DNA of 60,062 nucleotides from Thermoanaerobaculia bacterium (lineage in GTDB: Bacteria; Acidobacteriota; Thermoanaerobaculia; Gp7-AA8), in assembly GCA_036387915.1 (NCBI GenBank), contig DASVSV010000315.1:1-60062 (forward strand). Reading direction: 5' to 3'. Shown here one piece after another: positions 17,219 through 26,323 of this stretch. The first letter of the stretch is position 1, and each line of letters opens with the position of its first letter. The notes beneath the pieces are model-generated. The model saw nothing but the letters and a program-made list of their open reading frames with translations, had not been told where the DNA came from and did no database searches. The translations under genes and the position numbers were made by a program.

Positions 17219-17587
17219 TCAGCTCAGAGGCGAGGAAAGGCCGAGTTGTGCCGCAACGACAGCGAGCCGCTTATCGCGCGTCCAGAGCTTTGCGTCCTCG
17301 GTCAGCGTAACGGAGGCGAGCAGATGGGCGTCGATATAGCCGATGCCCCTCCCCATCAACGCACGCTTCTCGATGAAGAGGAGAGTCTCCGCGTCGGTGG
17401 CGACAAGTGCCGATGGAAGTCTCGCGAGCAGGCCCAGCACCTCCTCGCGAGCCCTCAGATTCCCGCAGGCCAGTTCGCCCAGGACGTAGGGGTGCATCAG
17501 CACCTCCCCCTCCTCGAGCACCTCTGCCAATGCGGCAACCCCTTTTCGCAGATGATCGATCCAGACGGAGGTGTCGGCCAGGATCAC
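17219..17587 (-). CDS. vapC: Type II toxin VapC (PIN-domain ribonuclease)
   Basis: MILADTSVWID carries the conserved Asp, followed by GELACG and YIDAHLLAS. 4-nt overlap with the upstream antitoxin. Confidence 0.85.
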   Translation of the reverse strand: MILADTSVWIDHLRKGVAALAEVLEEGEVLMHPYVLGELACGNLRAREEVLGLLARLPSALVATDAETLLFIEKRALMGRGIGYIDAHLLASVTLTEDAKLWTRDKRLAVVAAQLGLSSPLS

Positions 17588-17778
17588 GACGTCCTTCGTC
17601 TCCGCGGGCGTTCGAGACGTGGGTCACTTCCGCCCAGCCGTGCCAGCCGCTTCGCGCTTTCGCGGGCAATCAGAGCACGCAGGCCGTCGTGAATCAGCGC
17701 GGTCCGCTCCCGTGTACCGGTCACGCGCTGCGCCTCTTCGATCAGTCGTTCGTCCAGGTTCACAGTCGTTCGCATCAT
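17584..17778 (-). CDS. vapB: Type II antitoxin VapB (DUF2191-like)
   Basis: MMRTTVNLDERLIEEAQRVTG.. is a typical VapB N-terminus. GGAGGG RBS. A longer alternative start lies at 17817. Confidence 0.8.
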   Translation of the reverse strand: MMRTTVNLDERLIEEAQRVTGTRERTALIHDGLRALIARESAKRLARLGGSDPRLERPRRRRTS

Positions 17779-17800
17779 GGCCCTCCGTGATGCTCGATTA

Positions 17801-17816
17801 TGCATCACGTGATGCA
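17801..17816. promoter_or_regulatory. Perfect 16-bp palindrome TGCATCACGTGATGCA upstream of vapB; candidate VapB operator overlapping a CATAAT -10-like hexamer (minus strand)
   Basis: Palindrome read directly. It lies about 25 nt upstream of the vapB ATG. Type II antitoxins commonly autoregulate through such palindromes. Confidence 0.5.
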
Positions 17817-18018
17817 CAACGCAACGTTACTGGTCACTGGAGTAATTCACGGCGCCCGGCCGTTTCGATCCCCATGCGCGCCGCCATTCTTGCTGCTGCA
17901 ATGAACCTCACGCCCGTCGGGGCGGTGGACATCCTTCGTTTTCTGCGCGTGCCGGCGATCGTGATGACGATCCGGGCGCGGGTGGCGCATACATGCAGTG
18001 CTACGGGTTGCCGGTCCG

Positions 18019-18807
18019 TTACTTCGCCAGCGAGCGGATCGAGATCCCGCCGTTCGTGGTCCGCATCCGGAGGGGCGTCCCGCCGCCGTTGATCGAGCCG
18101 CGGAGTGAGTTGCTGCCGATCTTTGTCGTGGTGACGGGGAGGTCGGAGTGGATCGAGCCGTTGGTGGTGCCGGCATCGACGTCGACCGCGAGGTTGGCCG
18201 GGACCGCGACCTCGATGCGGCCGTTGGTGGTCGAGAAGCTCAGCGGCTGACCTTTGGCCACCTTCTGCAGCTCCGCGGTGATCGAGCCGTTCGTGGTCGA
18301 GGCGTCGAGCGAGCCGGCGCAGCGCGACACTTCGATCTTGCCGTTTGTGGTGTCGAGCTCGTGCCTGCCGGTGACGTCGCTGAGGCGGATGCTGCCGTTC
18401 GTGTTCGTGACGTTGACGTTCATCGTGCGCGGCACCATCAGGTCGTACTGCACCTCCGCCTGCACGCGGTCGCCAAACATCCAGTCGAAGATCGAGGCGC
18501 CCTTGCGGTCCTCGTTCGGATAGCGGGTGTTGATGGAGAGACCGCCGTCGCGCTCGACGAACTCGACGCGCAGCTCCTTCATCGCGTTCTTCAGGTCATC
18601 GCGATCGGCCTCGACTTCCTTCACCGCGACGACTTTCACGCGCGGCTGGTCCCAGGCCTTGACGGTGATGCGGCCGTTGACGTTCTTCAGCGTCACGTTG
18701 GCGCCGGGGCGGACGTTGAAGGTCCGGTCGACGGTCTCGGTGAGCGACGCCGCGCTGGCGGCGGTCGAGACGATGAGGAGCATGGCCGTGAGGAAGAACT
18801 TGCGCAT
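18019..18807 (-). CDS. Secreted DUF4097-type beta-helix protein (putative adhesin)
   Basis: Signal peptide MRKFFLTAMLLIVSTAASA. Repeated (T)TNG(S/R/K)I(T/E)V motifs. Confidence 0.75.
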   Translation of the reverse strand: MRKFFLTAMLLIVSTAASAASLTETVDRTFNVRPGANVTLKNVNGRITVKAWDQPRVKVVAVKEVEADRDDLKNAMKELRVEFVERDGGLSINTRYPNEDRKGASIFDWMFGDRVQAEVQYDLMVPRTMNVNVTNTNGSIRLSDVTGRHELDTTNGKIEVSRCAGSLDASTTNGSITAELQKVAKGQPLSFSTTNGRIEVAVPANLAVDVDAGTTNGSIHSDLPVTTTKIGSNSLRGSINGGGTPLRMRTTNGGISIRSLAK

Positions 18808-18878
18808 CGGGTGAATCCTCCGTCATCCGAATACGGCGCGGCGGACGCAGGGTTGCACGCACGTACAATCGCCCGCAC

Positions 18879-21038
18879 ATGCGCCGTGCTCTGGCCGTCC
18901 TCCTGCCGCTCGCCATCGTGCTCGCGCTCGCTGTCTGGCGCGCGGAGGGCCCCGCGCCGCGCGACACCTCCGCGCCGTCGGCTGAGTTCTCCTCGGCGCG
19001 AGCGAGCGAGACGCTGCACGCGCTGCTGGCGAACGAGGGACCGCACCCGGTCGGTACGGCGGCCAACGCGCGCGTGCGCGATCGTGTCGTCGCACGTTTC
19101 ACGGCGCTCGGCTACGACACGCGCGTGCTGAATCAGTTCGCGTGCAACGCGGGCGGCGTGTGCGGGCAGGTGCAGAACGTCCTCGCACGGCCACGGCGCG
19201 CGACCGGCGAGACGGTGCTCGATACGGTGCTCGTCACGGCGCACTACGACTCCGTCGGCTCCGGTGCCGGCGCCTCGGACGACGGCGTCGGGACGGCATC
19301 CCTGCTGGAAGTGGCGCGCGCCATCCGCGGCGAGCGCTTCCGCAATCCGGTGGCGTTCCTCATCACCGACGGCGAGGAAGCGGGCCTCCTCGGCGCAGAA
19401 GGATTCGTCGCCGACGAGACTCTCTCGCGCGACGTCTCCGCGGTGGTCAACGTCGAGATGCGCGGCACGTACGGCCTCTCGAACATGTTCGAGACCAGCA
19501 CCGGCAACCGCTGGCTGATCCGCCATCTGGCGCGGGCGCTGGAGCGGCCGCAGGCGACGTCTTTTTTTTACGCGATCTACAACCTGCTGCCGAACGACAC
19601 CGACGTCACGATCTTCAAGCGCGCCGGCAAGGCGGCGGTCAACTTTGCCGCCATCCGCGGCGTGAACTGGTACCACACGCCGTACGACGACCTCGCGCAC
19701 GTCAACCCGCGCACGCTGCAGCATCACGGCGACAACGTCCTGGCCACGGTGCGCGCGCTCGCGAATGCCGACCTGGCCGCGCGCAGTAAGACCGACGCGA
19801 CCTACTTCGACATCCTCAACTTCAAGATGGTCTGGTGGCCGCAGGAGTGGACGCTCTGGCTGGTCATCGTCAGCCTCATTCTGCTGATCTTCGCCGCGCG
19901 CCGGCAGCCGCCGCGCGAGATGACCTTCGGCGTGCTGACCGCGTTCGTCGCCATCGTCTTCGCCGCCGGCGGCGGAATCGTGCTGGCCACGGTCGCGCAA
20001 CTGCGGGCGCAGGGGATCAGCTTCGTGGCGCGCCCGACGGCGTCGGTCGCGGCGATGTGGCTGCTCGGCATCGCGGCGGCGCTGTTCGCCGCGGCGCTCT
20101 TCCGCAAGCGCGCGCAGCCGCTGCCGATGCTGTACGGCGTCACCATCGTCTGGCACATGATCGGGATCGCGCTGGCGCTGACGCTGCCCGGCGCGGCGTT
20201 CGTGTTCATCGTGCCGGCCGTCGCGGTCACGATCTGCGCGCTGGCGCGGGCGAACGAAACCGCGACGTCGGCGATCGCGGCGACCGTCGCGGCGATCCTC
20301 ATCTTCCCGATGGGGCTCATGCTCTACGACGCCCTCGGCGCGCCGCTGATGTACGCGGTGGCGCTCTTGATCGGGATCCTGGCCACGCTCGTCGCACCGC
20401 TCTTCCGGAGCATTCGCGGCGCCGCCGTCGTGGCATTGCTCGCGGTCGTCTGCGCGGTGACGGCGATGCTGCTGCCGGCGTACACACCCGACCGGCCGCG
20501 GCGCATCAACCTCTCGCACGTCGACGACCGCACGCCGCAGTGGGTGATCGGCTCCAACGCCCTGACGCCGGAGCTGCAGCGCGCCGCGCAGTTCACCGCG
20601 TACGACGACGACCTGCGCGGCTCCGGCTACGCGGCGCCGGCGCCGCGTGTCGCGCCACGTGTCACGATCACTTCAATGCGTGACGGCGAGACGCTGACCG
20701 TCAACGTCCGTTCCGCGCGCGGCGCAAACCGCCTCACGCTCGTGCTGAACGGTGACGTGAAGATCCTGCGCGTGAACGGCACGCCCATCCCTCCCCGCCC
20801 GGCGCGCTTTCGCGAGCGGATGCCGAAAGGGATGCACCTCGCCGTGGCGAACGGCGTGGAGTCGATGACCGTGGAGTGCACCGCGCGGGGAAAGGTGGAG
20901 GCGACGGCGAGCGACCTCACGTTCGGATTGCCGGCCGCGGGTGCGGCACTGATGAAGGCGCGCGATGCGTCGACCGCAATTCCGATCCACGACGGCGACA
21001 CGACCGTCACGCGCGTGCACGCCACGCTGATGCCGTAA
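18879..21038 (+). CDS. Membrane-anchored M28-family Zn aminopeptidase with a multi-TM central domain
   Basis: VTAHYDSVGSGAGASDDGVG...FLITDGEEAGLLGAEGF metal-ligand motifs, followed by about 8 TM helices and a C-terminal soluble domain. Confidence 0.8.
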   Translation: MRRALAVLLPLAIVLALAVWRAEGPAPRDTSAPSAEFSSARASETLHALLANEGPHPVGTAANARVRDRVVARFTALGYDTRVLNQFACNAGGVCGQVQNVLARPRRATGETVLDTVLVTAHYDSVGSGAGASDDGVGTASLLEVARAIRGERFRNPVAFLITDGEEAGLLGAEGFVADETLSRDVSAVVNVEMRGTYGLSNMFETSTGNRWLIRHLARALERPQATSFFYAIYNLLPNDTDVTIFKRAGKAAVNFAAIRGVNWYHTPYDDLAHVNPRTLQHHGDNVLATVRALANADLAARSKTDATYFDILNFKMVWWPQEWTLWLVIVSLILLIFAARRQPPREMTFGVLTAFVAIVFAAGGGIVLATVAQLRAQGISFVARPTASVAAMWLLGIAAALFAAALFRKRAQPLPMLYGVTIVWHMIGIALALTLPGAAFVFIVPAVAVTICALARANETATSAIAATVAAILIFPMGLMLYDALGAPLMYAVALLIGILATLVAPLFRSIRGAAVVALLAVVCAVTAMLLPAYTPDRPRRINLSHVDDRTPQWVIGSNALTPELQRAAQFTAYDDDLRGSGYAAPAPRVAPRVTITSMRDGETLTVNVRSARGANRLTLVLNGDVKILRVNGTPIPPRPARFRERMPKGMHLAVANGVESMTVECTARGKVEATASDLTFGLPAAGAALMKARDASTAIPIHDGDTTVTRVHATLMP

Positions 21039-21042
21039 AACA

Positions 21043-21072
21043 AAAACGCCCGCTGTTGCCAGCGGGCGTTTT
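21043..21072. terminator. Bidirectional intrinsic terminator between the convergent M28 peptidase gene and rplQ
   Basis: AAAACGCCCGCTG-TTGC-CAGCGGGCGTTTT. The stem is perfect and is flanked by an A-run and a T-run. Confidence 0.85.
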
Positions 21073-21080
21073 CCGAAGAG

Positions 21081-21626
21081 CTACTCGTCTTCTTTCTTTT
21101 TGCGGGCGCGTTTCGGCTTGTCCTCGGCGGCAGCGTCGTCGTCCGCTTGCGGGGCGGCCTTCTTCGCGCGCTTCGGCTTGTCGTCCCCGGCCGGTTCGGC
21201 GGCGGGAGCGGCGGCCTTCTTCTTCGCGCCGCCCCTGGCCGGGGTGTCCGGCTTGGCGTCCGCGTCGGCGGTGCGCTCGACCAGTTCCAGGATGGCCATC
21301 TCCGCGGCGTCGCCGCGGCGCGCGCCCAGCTTCAGGATGCGCGTGTAGCCGCCCGGGCGCGTGGAGAAGCGCGGGCCGATGGTGTCGAACAGCTTGGCGA
21401 TGAGCGCGTCATCGGGAACCTGACGGGCGGCCTGACGGCGCGCGTGCACGCTGTCGGTCTTGGCCAGCGTGATCAGTCTCTCGATCTGCGGACGCAGCTC
21501 TTTGGCCTTGGGAAGCGTGGTGATGATGCGCTCGCTCTCGATCATCGAGGCGAGCTGGTTGCGGAACATCGCGTTGCGATGGCTCGACGTGCGGCCCAGC
21601 TTGCGGTGTGCGTATCCGTGTCTCAT
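21081..21626 (-). CDS. rplQ: 50S ribosomal protein L17 with an about 60-aa Lys/Ala/Asp-rich C-terminal tail
   Basis: [23 protein letters not shown]...[10 protein letters not shown]. Confidence 0.95.
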   Translation of the reverse strand: MRHGYAHRKLGRTSSHRNAMFRNQLASMIESERIITTLPKAKELRPQIERLITLAKTDSVHARRQAARQVPDDALIAKLFDTIGPRFSTRPGGYTRILKLGARRGDAAEMAILELVERTADADAKPDTPARGGAKKKAAAPAAEPAGDDKPKRAKKAAPQADDDAAAEDKPKRARKKKEDE

Positions 21627-21642
21627 GGAACGATCTCCTCAA

Positions 21643-22632
21643 CTACTCGCGCATGTCGGCGCGGGAGCCGACCGGAACGCGCGTCATGCCGAACGACAGC
21701 CCGAGGCTGGCGAGGACGTCTTTGATCTCGTCGAGCGACTTGCGGCCGAAGTTCTTGGTGGAGAGCATCTCGCGCTCGGTGCGCTGCACCAGATCGCCGA
21801 GGGTGCGGATGTTCGCGTTCTTGAGGCAGTTCGCGGAACGGACCGACAGGTCGAGCTCCTCGATCGGCTTGGAGAGCATCTCGGCGAGGCGCGGATCGAC
21901 TTCCGGAGCGGCGGCTTCCTCACGCTCTTCGGCGCGCGTTTCGAACGCGCTGAAGATGCGCAGGTGGTCGCCGAGCAGTTCGGCGGCCAGGCTGATCGCT
22001 TCCTGCGGCGAGACGGCGCCGTTGGTCCAGACCTCGAGAATGAGCTTGTCGTAGTCGGTCATCTGGCCGACGCGCGCGCCCTCGACGTGATAGTTCACGC
22101 GGCGGACGGGCGAGTGGATCGAGTCGACCGGGATGTAGCCCAGCGGCAGGTCGGTGTCGGCGTTGCGGTCGGCCACGACGTAGCCGCGGCCGCGCTTGAG
22201 ACGGGCCTCGAGCTTGAGCGAGCCTTCCTTGGACAGCGTCGCGATGTGCGCGTTGGGGTCGAGGATCTCGAGGTCGGGATCCTGTTCGAAGTCGGCGGCC
22301 GTGACGACGCCCGGCCCCTTCTTCTCGAGATAGAGGGTCTTGGGGCCCGAGCCGTGGAGCTTGAACGGGACCTGCTTGAGGTTGAGGACGACGTCGGTCA
22401 TGTCTTCGACGACACCCTGCAGCGAGGAGAACTCGTGCAGGACGCCTTCGACGCGGACGGCCGTGATCGCCGCTCCCTCGATGGAGGAGAGCAGGACGCG
22501 GCGCAGCGCGTTACCGATGGTGGTGCCGAAGCCACGCTCGAACGGCTGGGCGGTGAAACGCCCGTAGTTCGGGGTAAGGGTCTCGGGATCGTAATCGAGC
22601 TTCTTGGGTTTCTGGAAATCTGACCACATCAT
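21643..22632 (-). CDS. rpoA: DNA-directed RNA polymerase subunit alpha
   Basis: [17 protein letters not shown] in the N-terminal domain and [16 protein letters not shown] in the C-terminal domain. Confidence 0.97.
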   Translation of the reverse strand: MMWSDFQKPKKLDYDPETLTPNYGRFTAQPFERGFGTTIGNALRRVLLSSIEGAAITAVRVEGVLHEFSSLQGVVEDMTDVVLNLKQVPFKLHGSGPKTLYLEKKGPGVVTAADFEQDPDLEILDPNAHIATLSKEGSLKLEARLKRGRGYVVADRNADTDLPLGYIPVDSIHSPVRRVNYHVEGARVGQMTDYDKLILEVWTNGAVSPQEAISLAAELLGDHLRIFSAFETRAEEREEAAAPEVDPRLAEMLSKPIEELDLSVRSANCLKNANIRTLGDLVQRTEREMLSTKNFGRKSLDEIKDVLASLGLSFGMTRVPVGSRADMRE

Positions 22633-22654
22633 GGGAGCGGCCTCCTCGCGTGAA

Positions 22655-22728
22655 AGCTCGCAGCTCGCAGCTCGCAGCTCTCAGGATCGGGTGGACTCCT
22701 GAGAGCTGAGAGCTGAGAGCTGCCAGCT
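22655..22728. repeat. AGCTNNC-heptamer hairpin, copy 1 (rpsD stop to rpoA spacer)
   Basis: Left arm AGCTCGC x3, AGCTCTC, AGGA. Loop TCGGGTGGAC. Right arm TCCT, GAGAGCT x3, GCCAGCT. Confidence 0.9.
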
Positions 22729-22737
22729 CAGGTTGAA

Positions 22738-23364
22738 TTACTTCGAGTAGAGCTCGACGATGAGCTGTTCCTGAATCGGGAGACGGATGTCTTCGCGCTT
22801 CGGGAGATCCGTGACAGAGCCACGGAACGCATCCGGCTCGAGCTGGAGCCAGGCGGGGACGCCGCGGCCGGCGGCCGTCTCGACGGCCTGACGGATCTGG
22901 TCGTTCTTGCGGCTCTTTTCCCGGACCTGGATGACGTCGCCCTTGCGTACCTGGTACGAGGGGACGTTGATCTTGCGGCCGTTGACCTCGATGTGGCCGT
23001 GCCGGACGAGCTGGCGGGCCTGGGGCCGCGAGGCGGCGAAGCCGAGGGAGTAGACCACGTTGTCGAGCCGGAGCTCGAGCTGGCGGAGCAGGTTGTCACC
23101 GGTGACGCCGGTCCGCTTGGCGGCGCGCTGGAAGTAGAGCCGGAACTGGCTCTCGAGCAGGCCGTAAATGCGCTTCACTTTCTGTTTTTCACGAAGCTGC
23201 ACGCCGTAGCCGAGGACCTTGGAACGGCGGCGGCCATGCTGGCCGGGCGCGTAGTTGCGGCGCTCGATGGCGCACTTGTCCTTGAAGCAACGATCGCCTT
23301 TGAGAAACAGCTTCATTCCCTCGCGACGGCAAAGCCGGCAGACGGGGTCGGTGTAACGAGCCAC
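22738..23364 (-). CDS. rpsD: 30S ribosomal protein S4
   Basis: [26 protein letters not shown]... Confidence 0.97.
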   Translation of the reverse strand: MARYTDPVCRLCRREGMKLFLKGDRCFKDKCAIERRNYAPGQHGRRRSKVLGYGVQLREKQKVKRIYGLLESQFRLYFQRAAKRTGVTGDNLLRQLELRLDNVVYSLGFAASRPQARQLVRHGHIEVNGRKINVPSYQVRKGDVIQVREKSRKNDQIRQAVETAAGRGVPAWLQLEPDAFRGSVTDLPKREDIRLPIQEQLIVELYSK

Positions 23365-23445
23365 TATGCCTCCTGGTTGTTCGCACCCGCATCACCATGA
23401 TGCGTTGCGTATACGCCGGCTGCTGCTCGGCGTAACTTTCTTACT

Positions 23446-23516
23446 AGCTCTCAGCTCTCAGCTGGCAGGCCCGCACACCCTCGGATTGACTCTCCTGAGA
23501 GCTGCGAGCTGACAGC
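23446..23516. repeat. AGCTNNC-heptamer hairpin, copy 2 (rpsK stop to rpsD spacer)
   Basis: Left arm AGCTCTC AGCTCTC AGCTGGC AGG. Loop starts CCCGCAC. Right arm CCT GAGAGCT GCGAGCT GACAGC. Confidence 0.85.
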
Positions 23517-23528
23517 CGACAACTCGTA

Positions 23529-23942
23529 TCAGACGCGGCGGCGCTTGGGCGGCCGGCAGCCGTTGTGGGGGATGGGCGTCACGTCCTTGATCGACTTGAT
23601 GTCGAGGCCGGACGCCGCCAGGGCGCGGATGGCCGACTCGCGGCCGGCGCCGGGGCCTTTGACCTTGACGTCGACCGAGCGGATGCCGTGCTCCTGCGCG
23701 AGCTGGGCGGCATTCTGGGCCGCGACCTGGGCCGCGAAGGGCGTGCCCTTGCGCGATCCCTTGAAACCGATGCGGCCGGCGCTCGACCACGACAGGATGT
23801 TGCCCATCGGATCGGTGATCGCCACGATCGTGTTGTTGAACGTCGCCGCAATCGAGGCGACGCCGTGCGGAACGTTCTTCCGCTCCTTGCGCTTGGTACC
23901 GGCGCGACGCGCGCCCGCTTTCGGTGCTCTTGCAGTTGCCAT
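23529..23942 (-). CDS. rpsK: 30S ribosomal protein S11
   Basis: [18 protein letters not shown]...[13 protein letters not shown]. Confidence 0.97.
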   Translation of the reverse strand: MATARAPKAGARRAGTKRKERKNVPHGVASIAATFNNTIVAITDPMGNILSWSSAGRIGFKGSRKGTPFAAQVAAQNAAQLAQEHGIRSVDVKVKGPGAGRESAIRALAASGLDIKSIKDVTPIPHNGCRPPKRRRV

Positions 23943-23946
23943 GGTT

Positions 23947-24030
23947 AGCTCTCAGCTCCCAGCTCGCAGCTCTCAGGCCCGCCCCGCCCCAGGATGTCTC
24001 CTGAGACCTGCGAGCTGACAGCTGCCAGCT
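23947..24030. repeat. AGCTNNC-heptamer hairpin, copy 3 (abuts the rpsM stop codon)
   Basis: Left arm AGCTCTC AGCTCCC AGCTCGC AGCTCTC AGG. Loop CCCGCCCCGCCCC.... Right arm CCT GAGACCT GCGAGCT GACAGCT GCCAGCT. Confidence 0.9.
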
Positions 24031-24413
24031 TATTTCTTCGTTGCTTTCTTCTTGCCGGCAACCGCACCCTTGCGGGGGCCCTTGCGCGTGCGGGCGTTGG
24101 TGTGCGTCCGCTGTCCGCGCACCGGGAGGCCACGGCGATGGCGCATGCCGCGGTAGCAGTTGATTTCCATCAGCCGCTTGATGTCCAGGCCGATGTCCTT
24201 GCGGAGATCGCCCTCGACCTTGCCTTCGTCGGTGATGATCGTGCGGATCTTGCGAACGTCATCCTCGGTGAGGTCCTTGACGCGGACGTTCTTGTCCACG
24301 CCGGCCTGCGTGAGGATGTCGTTCGACCGCGTGCGGCCGATGCCGTAGATGTACGTCAGGCCGATTTCGACCCGCTTGTTCAGTGGAAGATCCACACCCG
24401 AGATACGTGCCAT
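24030..24413 (-). CDS. rpsM: 30S ribosomal protein S13
   Basis: [26 protein letters not shown]. Confidence 0.97.
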   Translation of the reverse strand: MARISGVDLPLNKRVEIGLTYIYGIGRTRSNDILTQAGVDKNVRVKDLTEDDVRKIRTIITDEGKVEGDLRKDIGLDIKRLMEINCYRGMRHRRGLPVRGQRTHTNARTRKGPRKGAVAGKKKATKK

Positions 24414-24430
24414 TTGCCTGTTGCTCCTGA

Positions 24431-24544
24431 TTAGCCCTGACGCTGCTTGTGCTTCGGATTCTCACAGATGATCCGAATCACACCCTGACGGCGGACGACT
24501 TTGCACTTCGTGCAGATTCTTTTGACGGAAGAACGAACTTTCAT
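24431..24544 (-). CDS. rpmJ: 50S ribosomal protein L36 (37 aa; not in the supplied ORF track)
   Basis: Manual translation gives [37 protein letters not shown], with the CxxC...CxxxxH zinc motif. Confidence 0.95.
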   Translation of the reverse strand: MKVRSSVKRICTKCKVVRRQGVIRIICENPKHKQRQG

Positions 24545-24551
24545 GATTGGC

Positions 24552-24830
24552 TCACTTATAACGGTACGTGATGCGCCCGCGCGTCAGATCGTACGGCGAG
24601 AGCTCGACGAGTACTTTGTCGCCCGGGAGAATGCGGATGAAGTGTTTTCTCATCTTGCCGGAGATGTGGGCGAGCACTTTGTGCTTGTTCTCCAGCTCGA
24701 CCTGAAACATCGCGTTGGGGAGGGTCTCCAGGACCGTTCCCGTCACCTCGATGGCTTCTTCCTTCGCCGAGACGTCCTTATCGGGTCTCGGCGACGAGGA
24801 GCGCTGCGGGGTTCTACGTCCCCTAATCAA
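24552..24830 (-). CDS. infA: Translation initiation factor IF-1 (start uncertain; the track uses a TTG that gives an about 20-aa N-terminal extension)
   Basis: [71 protein letters not shown]. Confidence 0.9.
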   Translation of the reverse strand: MIRGRRTPQRSSSPRPDKDVSAKEEAIEVTGTVLETLPNAMFQVELENKHKVLAHISGKMRKHFIRILPGDKVLVELSPYDLTRGRITYRYK

Positions 24831-24854
24831 ACAGCACCATATTTTTTCTGTCCT

Positions 24855-25679
24855 TCATTTTCCTAAAACCCATGGCCCGCCGGCCGTGACGGCCACCGAG
24901 TTCTCGAAGTGCGCCGCGAGGGCCCCGTCGACCGTCCGCGCCGTCCATCCGTCGGCATCCGTCTTCACGTCCTGAAGCATCCCGTTCGCGCCCGCGCGCT
25001 CGAGGCGCGACCGCAGCTTCGACCCGATCTCGCAGAGCATCGGCTCGATGGCCAGGACCAGCCCCTCGCGCAACTCGAGGCCGCGTCCGCGACGCCCGAA
25101 GTTGTGCACCTGCGGCTCCTCGTGCATCCGCCGGCCGATTCCGTGGCCGACGAAGGTGCGGATGACGTGGAAGCCGCGCGATTCCGCGTGCTCCTGGACC
25201 GCCGCACCGATGTCCCCGAGGTGACGTCCCGGACGCATCTCTTCGATGGCCAGTTCCAGGCATTCGCGGGTCGTGTCCATCAGCTTCTGCGCGTTTGCGC
25301 TGACTTTCCCGACCGGGACGGTGATGGCCGCGTCGCCGACGAAGCCCTCGAAGATCGACCCGAAGTCGAGCCCGAGGATGTCGCCGTCCTGCAGCTTCGT
25401 CCGGTTGGGGATGCCGTGCACGATGACATCGTTGACCGACGTGCAGACGACCGCCGGATACGGCGGCAGGCCCATCGGAGCGTAGCCTTTGAAGGGCGAC
25501 TTCGCCCCTCGCTTCGCGAGCTCCTCTTCGGCCATCGCGTTGAGCTGGGCCGTGGTCGCGCCGGGCTTGACCATGGCTCGCATCATTTCGAGGAGCTCGA
25601 CGACGATCCGGTTGGTCCGGTCCATCGTCGCGATCTCGTCGCGACTCTTCAGCGTCGGTCCCTTCATTCTGTCGAGCAT
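24855..25679 (-). CDS. map: Type I methionine aminopeptidase
   Basis: VCTSVNDVIVHGIP, DILGLDFG, FVGHGIG and an EPM metal-ligand pattern. Confidence 0.92.
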   Translation of the reverse strand: MLDRMKGPTLKSRDEIATMDRTNRIVVELLEMMRAMVKPGATTAQLNAMAEEELAKRGAKSPFKGYAPMGLPPYPAVVCTSVNDVIVHGIPNRTKLQDGDILGLDFGSIFEGFVGDAAITVPVGKVSANAQKLMDTTRECLELAIEEMRPGRHLGDIGAAVQEHAESRGFHVIRTFVGHGIGRRMHEEPQVHNFGRRGRGLELREGLVLAIEPMLCEIGSKLRSRLERAGANGMLQDVKTDADGWTARTVDGALAAHFENSVAVTAGGPWVLGK

Positions 25680-26318
25680 TTACGTAAGGGACTTTTCAAT
25701 CCGTTCAAAGACCACATCGAGAGGACCGACACCGTCGACCTCCCGCAAAATATTCTTCGACTTGTAGTACGTCGCGACCGGCATCGTCTGTCTGTGAAAC
25801 GACTCCAGGCGCTTGCGCACGGCCTCTTCCGTATCGTCGGGCCGTGCAATGACCTCGGCGCCGCAGCGATCACAAACGCTGTCCTGCGCCGGGGGGTTGT
25901 TCTCCAGATGGTAAATCGCCCCGCACGAAGCACACGTCCGTCGCATGGTGATGCGGTGGACAATGGCGTCGTCGGGAACGAGCAGTTGAAGAACCCGCAG
26001 AGGGGGCTGACCATTCCCGACGATTCCATCGAGCTTTTCAGCCTGCACCAGCGTGCGCGGAAAACCGTCGAGGATGAAGCCCTTCTGCGCGTCGGCTTTC
26101 GCCATCCGCTCGTTGATGATGCCGATCATCAGGTCGTCGGACACCAGTCCGCCGGAGGCCATGATCGGCGCGGCCTGCTGACCGAGCTCGGTTCCATCGG
26201 CGACCGCTTCGCGAAGCATGTCGCCGGTGGAAATGTGAGGGATGTCGAAGCGGCTCGCGAGCCGCTTCGCCTGAGTTCCCTTGCCGCTGCCCGGAGGGCC
26301 GATGAAGATCAGCTTCAA
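25680..26318 (-). CDS. adk: Adenylate kinase (zinc-lid type)
   Basis: GPPGSGKGTQ P-loop. Lid sequence CASCGAIYH...CDRCG. Confidence 0.95.
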   Translation of the reverse strand: MKLIFIGPPGSGKGTQAKRLASRFDIPHISTGDMLREAVADGTELGQQAAPIMASGGLVSDDLMIGIINERMAKADAQKGFILDGFPRTLVQAEKLDGIVGNGQPPLRVLQLLVPDDAIVHRITMRRTCASCGAIYHLENNPPAQDSVCDRCGAEVIARPDDTEEAVRKRLESFHRQTMPVATYYKSKNILREVDGVGPLDVVFERIEKSLT

Positions 26319-26323
26319 ACGGT

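Noticed and set aside
18808-18878. TACAAT hexamer upstream of the M28 peptidase gene considered as a promoter.
   Set aside because: The only TTG-containing -35 candidate (TTGCAC) is 5 nt away rather than 16-18 nt, so no acceptable -35 exists. The evidence is too weak to report.
18693-20519. 608-aa minus-strand ORF opposite the M28 peptidase gene.
   Set aside because: It is an Arg/Asp/Glu-rich shadow frame. The plus frame has the M28 metal-binding motifs and clean TM helices.
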